DNA from: Blasia pusilla
Taxonomy: Eukaryota
Assembly: GCA_050084515.1 (NCBI GenBank)
Contig: CM114271.1
Span: 18,228,001-18,292,000 of the forward strand
Length of the DNA: 64,000 bases
Reading direction: 5' to 3'
Numbering within the stretch: position 1 is the first letter of the stretch; the number at the start of each line of letters is the position of its first letter. This document shows, one piece after another, positions 56,328 to 64,000 of the stretch. Both the position numbers and the translations under genes were made by a program. Under the pieces are notes generated by a model. That model was not told where the DNA came from. It was given only the letters and a program-made list of their open reading frames with translations, and did no database searches.

Positions 56328-59300
56328 TGTCGTGCGAATCCACATCATCATACAACATACATCGCTGACATACCATACTCACATACATACATAACATAGA
56401 CGAGAGTATCCACAAACACAAGTGTACCACAACTCGCCCCCCTAACTGGCAGTTAGGTCCCTCTAACTCCCAGGTAGCCCTATACATCTACAACATGCTA
56501 TACACCTTCTTGGGTGCCCGAATCAGAAGGTCGGGTGCTAGGTTGCCCCATCGTTAGTCGCACATCTGTAATCCATATCATGCAAAGATCAAGTCATCTA
56601 CCTCTCCTAAGTACATCGAGGACAAACCCACCTTCCAGTAGGAACAACATCCAAACGTGGAGTCAAACACATCATGTGCCAACCCCTAGAACACCGATCA
56701 CACACCAACATACAGGCTGCGTTGCAGAGACCCACACAACATGCACCTCAAGCTAGCATGTATCATGGCTAAGCTTGGATCAACAGTACCATCCACATTT
56801 GGAAGATGACATGGCGCACAATTACGCGCATGGTCCTTCCAAACAACTCCATCACGACCCTCCAACATGAGAACTCCAGAAGCTAACACCTCGCGCACTC
56901 ATAAAATTGTGCGGAGTGCCGTCACATCCAACGTTGTCGGGCACTCTGCTGCAAATAGACATAGTCCCCACATAGAACCTACAAATCGATGGTTGATAAC
57001 CTCCACTCGAATGGTTGCATACCGCAACGTATCCTGTGTTGAGCAATGGCAAGATTCTCAAAGGTTGTTGGCATAACTCTCCGAAAAGAGCTCGCTCGTT
57101 GAGAACACACCTCATCCACATTCTCGGGTCATCAAGGTTCACCACCTCACTAGACTCCCGACTAATTGCTTCTGGCAAGTCTGGATCTCGGCCGTATAAC
57201 AGAAAATAAGGTGAGAAGGAAGCCAAGGATGCTTGGCGACTGAACCTATACCCCATGGCTAACCATGGCAACTCAATATCCTAGTCTCCAAGATGCCCCT
57301 TCTGTAGGCCATACTTGCGCAATGCCCTCTTCACCGTCTGAACCACACGCTCAGCCAAACCATCCGCCTCTGGATGATCTCGAGACGTGGTCCGATGATC
57401 AATCAACGCCTTGTCACACAAGACCTGAAACTCACCCTGAAACTTTGGACCCTAGTCGGTCAGCACTTCAGCTGGTGCACCAAAATGACTAAGCACTCTA
57501 TCCAGAAACGCATACGCCGTTCCCTCACTCGCCTTGTCCGGTAATGCCACCAACTCAATCCACTTGGAGAAGTGCTCCACCATCACCAACACATATCGAT
57601 GATGTAAATGCATACCAACAGTAACGGTCCCGCAAAGTCCACACTCCAACGGTAACCCAACCCCATAATAGGCAAGGGGTGTAATTGTGGTGTAGGGGCA
57701 TTAAATGATGCCCTCACCCGGTCACAAACCATACAACGTGACACCAAATCGCTGCACACTGAGTATGCATGCCACGCCACCAATATCGCCAAGGAGTAAG
57801 CTATACGACGCTTTATCCCAAAATGTCCCAACTCCTCATGGGCATGTCGCACAATGCGCTCTCTCGAGCCAAATGTGGCACTACTCGTACTCTACCATCC
57901 TCCCACACACGGAGAATATGTGTTCCCCAATCGATACCTCTTAGCACGTTGAAGAACACGGTCTCGCTCCTTGGCACTCACTATGCCCGGCACCCCTCTT
58001 TGGTCCGTAGGAACTCCAACACCAACGCATCATCATGAATATCACGCTGATCCATACCACCATCTCCAACCTTAGGATCTGAAGGCTCGCCATCTACCCC
58101 TCGACTAGAGTAAGATATCATGTGGTCCTCCATACTAGAGTCCACCCCTAACCAACATAAAAAGACGGATGCATGCCAACCTGGCACCATCTCCTCATCA
58201 ACCTCGCCATGCCATCTAGCCCGGATTGCATCCTCTTGGCTAGTACATGGGTTCCTACTCAACCCATCAAAGCATCAAGGTTGGCAACTCGAGGTCTATG
58301 TACCACTTGGAAGTCATACTCCTGTAAGATAAGAGCCCACCGTGCAAGCTTCCCTGTAAGCTTGTCTGACTCCATCAACCACTTGAGCGGTTGGTGATCA
58401 GTAACAAGGGTAAACGGGTGCCAAACAAGTAACACCTAAAGTGTGCCCATGACCCACACTCTTGCCAAGCACTCTCCCTCATATGAACTATAGCGCGACT
58501 CCATTGCATTATTCGAACGACTTGCATAGGCCACCACAAACTCCATGTGCTCATCATCATGTTGTGTCAACACCGCTCCAAGTCCCAACCTACTCCAATC
58601 GTGTGTAATCTGGAAATGGGCGCCCCGATAGGTCTCCTCAAGATAGGCTCCGCCACCAACGGGCCTTAAGCTCCACAAAAGCTCTCTCGATCATCTCCCA
58701 GTGCCACTCTTGATCTGATTTCAGCAATTGGTTCAAATGCTTTGCCATAGCACTAAATCCCTTCACATACCTCCGATAGTAGTTCGCCAATCCCATGAAT
58801 GCTCAAACTCTACTCACATCTACCGGACGCGGAATAAGTGCAATAGCCTCCACCTTTGCTTGCTGAACTCCCAAACCACCTGGATAGATCACATGACCCA
58901 AGTACTCAACATCCTCATGGAAGAACTTACACTTTCCTAGATGCAAACGTAGACCATGAGCTTTCAACCGCTCAAACACCATCTGCAAATATATCGATGC
59001 TCCTCCACCGTGTTATCGAACACCAAGATATCATCAATGTAACACCGAACAAAATCCAACCCGCTAGGATCCGTCCATCACTCTTTGAAACTCGGGAGGT
59101 GCATTCTTCAACCCAAAGGGTAAGAATTTCCAATGGTACAAACAATCCTTGCCATGAGAGTTGACACCCCAAAATGTTGTATTGGCCTTGTCACTCTCCG
59201 AATCGGCAATTGATGGTATCTCGCCGAAGATCCAAAAATCTGAAAATCTTTGCCTGTCCCACCACATCAAAGATCTCTCAGGTGTAGGCATGGCATACCT

Positions 59301-62300
59301 ATCGCCCCTGGTTTGCCGATTGATAGGACGATAATCTCCACACATCCGCCTATCCGTGTAGTTGCCATGCATATCCTTTTTAGCGAGCATGACAGTGGGC
59401 GATGCATACTCTCCATGCGAAAATTCCACTAATCCGCCTCCAAAAGGTCCAACGTCCTACTCGAATCAAGTCCCTCTCCATATCACTATATCGGTAGGGA
59501 CGACGGAAGATTGGCGTATCACTAGCCAAATCAATCCGTATACCAGGTCCAACCAGAGAACCCAACTCCTTCATGCTAAAGGCAAAACAACTCCTATAAG
59601 CACGTAGGAGGCGTGTCAGCGTCGTTTCTCACCTCCCGTAAGCTTGGGCCCAAGTAATGGCTCCCAAGTCTCCTCCTTTGGCACACTAGAGGGAGAGAAC
59701 GATGCCATTGGCGCACACGCATAACCCCCTCACAAGATGGTACACCCTTAGCTACACCATCATTTGAGCAAATAACTCCTCCACCAAAGCATGAGCAACC
59801 AACTCCACATGCCCACCATTACATCCCATTTACTCCAAGGATGCAAAATACTACTCTCCTCGCCCCCAACCGATGCCTCTACCGCCCCGGAGCCATCGAG
59901 CTCATTACAAGGGGTGGAAGACCCTGACATAGTCCGAAGTCGATTTGCTCGGCCATACCAAGACTCAAAATCCAAGTCAAACAATTCAGGTCCATGGCCT
60001 TTGACCCAACACATGACGTCGTGAAGCCTCGTAAATAGAAGCAAATTTGTCACACCGAGAGCAAATCCCATCGCACGCTCTCTCTCATCAGCGTTAGGCT
60101 CCACCAAGTGTCGCACATGAGAATCCCATACAAGCCCCGGACCACCTTCCCTGTAGGCATGTGACGAGGGAAAACTCACAAATGTGGGTAGTGCCATCCT
60201 AGGCTGGCCCACACGGTTCACCACTGCCATGGGTGACCGATCAATAACCCTCACCACTTGAGAAAGTCGCCCAAAGATATCAAGATACTATCCACCGTAA
60301 GGCGAGGATCGGCCGCTGACCGCATCATATGCTCAACGAGAACCTCCCTAGGCAACAAGTTTGTCCATCACAAGCGTGGACGATGTGCACGCGAGCCAAC
60401 TCGCGCTGCATCCAACAACACCGCTGGTCCAATCCAAGACCGCACCTCATGAACACTCGCCATCATCCGGGTTCGAGTGTCACCCAACAATGGAACATTC
60501 TCCAGAATGTAAGCTAGAGCACGTGTCGATGAACTCTGAAGATGTCGTAACACCCGTAACATCTCCCAAAACAATCGAGACCTAGGGTCATGTAATCCCT
60601 CACCACGACCAGCACGTGTATGACCCTGACATGGCCATCCAACAATCACCAAATCCACAGGACCAACCCTCTCAAGGTCTTGCGGCCCCAACAATGCAAT
60701 GTGTGATGGTAAAGCACGCTGGTACCCACGAATAGATGATGGCGGCAACAACTCGGATATCTCCGCATCAATCGACCAATATGTCGGGATGAGACTCTGG
60801 GCCGTCTCATCTCGCTCCACATACACGTATCTCCGACAGAATACCGCCTGCAACATCGCCGCCAAACCAAGTGCTAATCCCACCAAAGAGATCTAACACA
60901 CAAATACCCTCCGCGGATATCGCCATACAATGGGTGTAGTATCCAAAGGGGATAACCTAACTGGACAGAAGTAGGAGTCCGCCGTGGGGCCTCCTCTTCC
61001 TCGTGAGGTATAATGACCTCACACCAAGCCTCTGCACTAGGCGTCGGCCTCCGCCATAGTGCACCGCTGAACTCCAAAGTGGCACATCCAACGATGAGGA
61101 TGCCACTGCTGCAAAAATAGGGACCTCCTCTACCTCCTCATGCGCAGGAGAATCCATAGCAGAAACATTACCCTCCAAAAAGTCTCCTGGCCAAGTGACT
61201 ACTCCACTAAAACCAGCCATAGATGCTAACACTGTTGGGGAAGACCCTCCTGGTCGAGCCCCAGTAATAAATCTCACAGGAACTTGGCTCATACGTCCAT
61301 CCCCGGACTGCCAACCAGGTCAGAAGACTGTCTCGACCCAAATAATCCATCGAAAACCCATCGGATACAATCGCTCCTCCAACTAGTACATCATACGACT
61401 CGGCTGATGTGACTACCGCAGATACTCCCAACCGGGACCTATCAGTCGCATGATTTGGTCTCAAGTGTACAGAAAACATCTCCCGTGTCATGAATTGAGA
61501 CCTATCATTGGCTCCTCCAAGTGATGTTTGAATCTGGAATGGGCAAGACTCAAGCTATGACCTCCGAATACCCAAACCAATACATGCCGCCTTTCCCAAC
61601 ATCAAGGTTGGGCACCGTGAGTCTAACAAGACTCTATCTGGTCTATACACTGTCTGTAGGACTCACCAATCGGAAGATCCCACCGGTTGTCCAACATACA
61701 TACACCAGGTGTAAGCCTCTCACGATCAATGGCTGGCCGGGCTGGTAATGCATCCATCTTCGCCGCGCTTGCCAAGTAGCATTGGTACTCAATGCTACTC
61801 TTGACATAGAGGGTCGCTCCACCGCAACACCCTCATCCACCTCAACACGTGTAGCAGTAACACCCCCACGTTCACACAACGTGGCTGCTAACTGAAATAC
61901 AGGAGCTAAGTCAACTCCTAAAGCCATCGCCCGTGGTGAAAACAATGGGGATCCCAACACTGAAGTTGCCATCCGCAATACTGCATTGGATGCTGCACCC
62001 GTGTCTACTACACGCGATGTAGATGCCTCAGTCCCCACTGTCGGCTCAATAGGCTGCGTAGGAACCATGGATGGAGTCCTAAGCACCTCAGACAACAAGA
62101 ATGACTGGGGAAGCCTAGCCTGCCTCCCAGCCTCACCCCTCTGTGGGTCCAACTCCACAGTAGCACCACGTGGCTCTGACGCTCGAGTGGCTCCTCTCAG
62201 AATCGCTGGTGATGCCTCAACTTTGTCTTTGCACTCGCCATATAAGAGAGATCATCCCTCCATAAGAGGTGGAAGCCCTCGCTCCCGAACCCGATCTATC

Positions 62301-64000
62301 TTTGGATATCGACCATAGTAGCCAACTTCTGCTCCAATCTGCTCAATCTTGGCGCCATAGTCGACTGTCGTAGTGGTAGGGGTAGCCACCGTAGGCTCTC
62401 CAACCACTGGTCCACCTCTACCACCCCTACCACCTCTACCACCTCGGCCTCTCGGAGCTACTCCACCACGGCCACGGCCTGATCTCAACTCTGGATGAAG
62501 ATCAAAGCAACGCTCTCGAGGATGACCTAGTCTCCCGCAATGATCACACTGAGTTGGGGCCGACCGAGGCCCATGCTCCAAAGTCCGTCTCCCATCCTCT
62601 TGGGGACAAAACTTCCTAACATGATCATCTCCACATGTCCAACATGATCGCCCTTGCTTGCTGGGGCAGCAAATGAAGGCAATGGTCTCTGCACAAATGT
62701 CCCTCTAGGACTTGATCGAGGTCGCGTGTACCCCCACGACTCCCATTGCTACTACCACCACCACTACTACGAGACTGTGAGGTGGGCGGTGAACACGAGA
62801 AGTAGTAGTTGTATCCCCATGAATGCGGATGTCACCACTCTCTCCTTCACCATGTTAAGCTCAATCTTCTCGGGATAGAGCAAACACATGGGTCAATGTG
62901 GGTGAATCATCACTCATAAGAGTAGCATCACGCACCCTATGGCGCAAATCTCTGTCCAAGATCCCATACCAAAATCGACTTCTGATCCTCGGTCACACCT
63001 GGGTAACTGAAATCAGCGTCGATACGCTGGCGTGTATGCCTCACTTAAGACTCTCACCACCTTTCGCTCAAAGTCCTGAAGATTCCTCAACTTCTCCGTC
63101 TTCACTCCTTGATAGTTCTTCTTCAACCTCTTGAAGAACTCGAACGGGCTAAACGATGGTGGGGCACTAGTACCTCCACTAGTACCCCCACTAGTACCTC
63201 CACTTTGGTACCCCCACTCCGGCTTGTACTCGTACCACTCAACGTCGGGCTGGCTGGCATAGTAGGAGCACTACTACCAATACCACCATGGGTGATAGAC
63301 ACATAGCCTGGAGACCAATATTGTCTCCATGCCTCAATCTCAGCAACATGGTCCTTCCTAAACTCATGGTAATCATCCATGGGTGGTCCTTCCAAATCTT
63401 TGAAACAACCCTTCCAAGCCAAGAAGGGTGTAAACAATGGCGTTCCGCAACATCTGCATATCACACCACGTATCAAACTTCTGCATGAAGTCCTCCAACT
63501 CAATGGTACCCACTGCACCCGAGTATCGTCGTGGGCCCTTCATGGCCCCATATCCACCGTCCATGTCCCAAATCAATGGAGTTGCAACACTCGATAACAA
63601 CGTAGAAGACTCGATGTTTGGAACACCCTCGTCCTCCTCTTCATCAACCGTCGGAAGTGGAAAAGGTAGCCGATACCTAAATCCACTCCGTGTGAAACCA
63701 CCACTGTCCGCACCACGGTCCCCAACCAGACCACCCGACAGCTCCGTGATGACCAACGCCGATGCCGCACCACCACCAAATTACCCAAATGACGTCGATG
63801 TCGCTCTACTATTGTAGCTCTACTAGCTATGGGTGTAGGCAATCTAACCTCTCATCACTACAAGAAGTCTCCCACAGTTTACTGGTCATCACTCCAGCCT
63901 CACTATCAATAGCACACAGGAGTAACACTACTCTGGAAATCAACGTCAACCCTAACAATGGGCGCGCAAGCAAGAAGCACGATGGAGGGGATCCAGACAC
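56328..64000 (-). mobile_element. Element D (family 2), same architecture, ends in repeat B only; 5' end is outside the window
   Basis: Collinear with C from PHD to gag. B at 56328-56434. Knuckle CDHCGRLGHPRERC and RGG box in 62252..62581. Many 1-bp frameshifts. Confidence 0.92.
59980..60910 (-). pseudogene. Element D cytosine methyltransferase domain (best preserved catalytic core)
   Basis: ORF 60368..60886 reads VDLVIVGWPCQGHTRAGRGEGLHDPRSRLF...YILENVP...GSRAHRPRL. ORF 59760..60257 carries ERERAMGF. Confidence 0.92.

Noticed and set aside
48359-64000. DIRS/Ngaro element, suggested by the split repeats and a methyltransferase
   Set aside because: No tyrosine recombinase was seen. A protease and HHCC-DDE integrase are present, and the methyltransferase is C5-cytosine type rather than the adenine-type domain of DIRS.
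56328-64000. Numerous 1-bp frameshifts in element D as programmed frameshifting, and C/D as a simple tandem duplication
   Set aside because: The shifts are not shared between C and D and may be decay or long-read errors. The copies are visibly diverged, and D joins C exactly at its B terminus, as expected for an insertion.

Overview
This is eukaryotic, transposon-dense plant-like DNA; bryophyte-like is an inference from the element repertoire. About 60% of the window is six copies or fragments (A-F) of an unusual Ty3/Gypsy-type retroelement group from at least two, probably three, subfamilies. Their domain order is Gag (CCHC knuckles, RGG) - aspartic protease - C5 cytosine DNA methyltransferase - RT - RNase H - DDE integrase - PHD finger. 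The methyltransferase has DNMT3-like motifs I-X in the non-permuted order. The elements do not have two ordinary LTRs. Their termini are split direct repeats, A1-internal-B1-A2-B2, an arrangement known from Ngaro/PAT tyrosine-recombinase elements. They have a conserved CA-AC-TG junction between B1 and A2, no visible tRNA PBS and probably 4-bp TSDs. They occur as A-int-B, int-B-A-B and solo A-B forms and are nested in one another. All copies are degenerate. Also present: a MULE end with a 51/63-bp minisatellite, a split LINE, a Copia remnant, conventional LTRs, three mini-Helitrons, a P-element-like transposase remnant, a matR-like group II intron maturase fragment, long (GT)n tracts, and two CpG-rich islands, one carrying a 249-aa membrane-protein-like ORF. 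No rRNA, tRNA or CRISPR array was seen.
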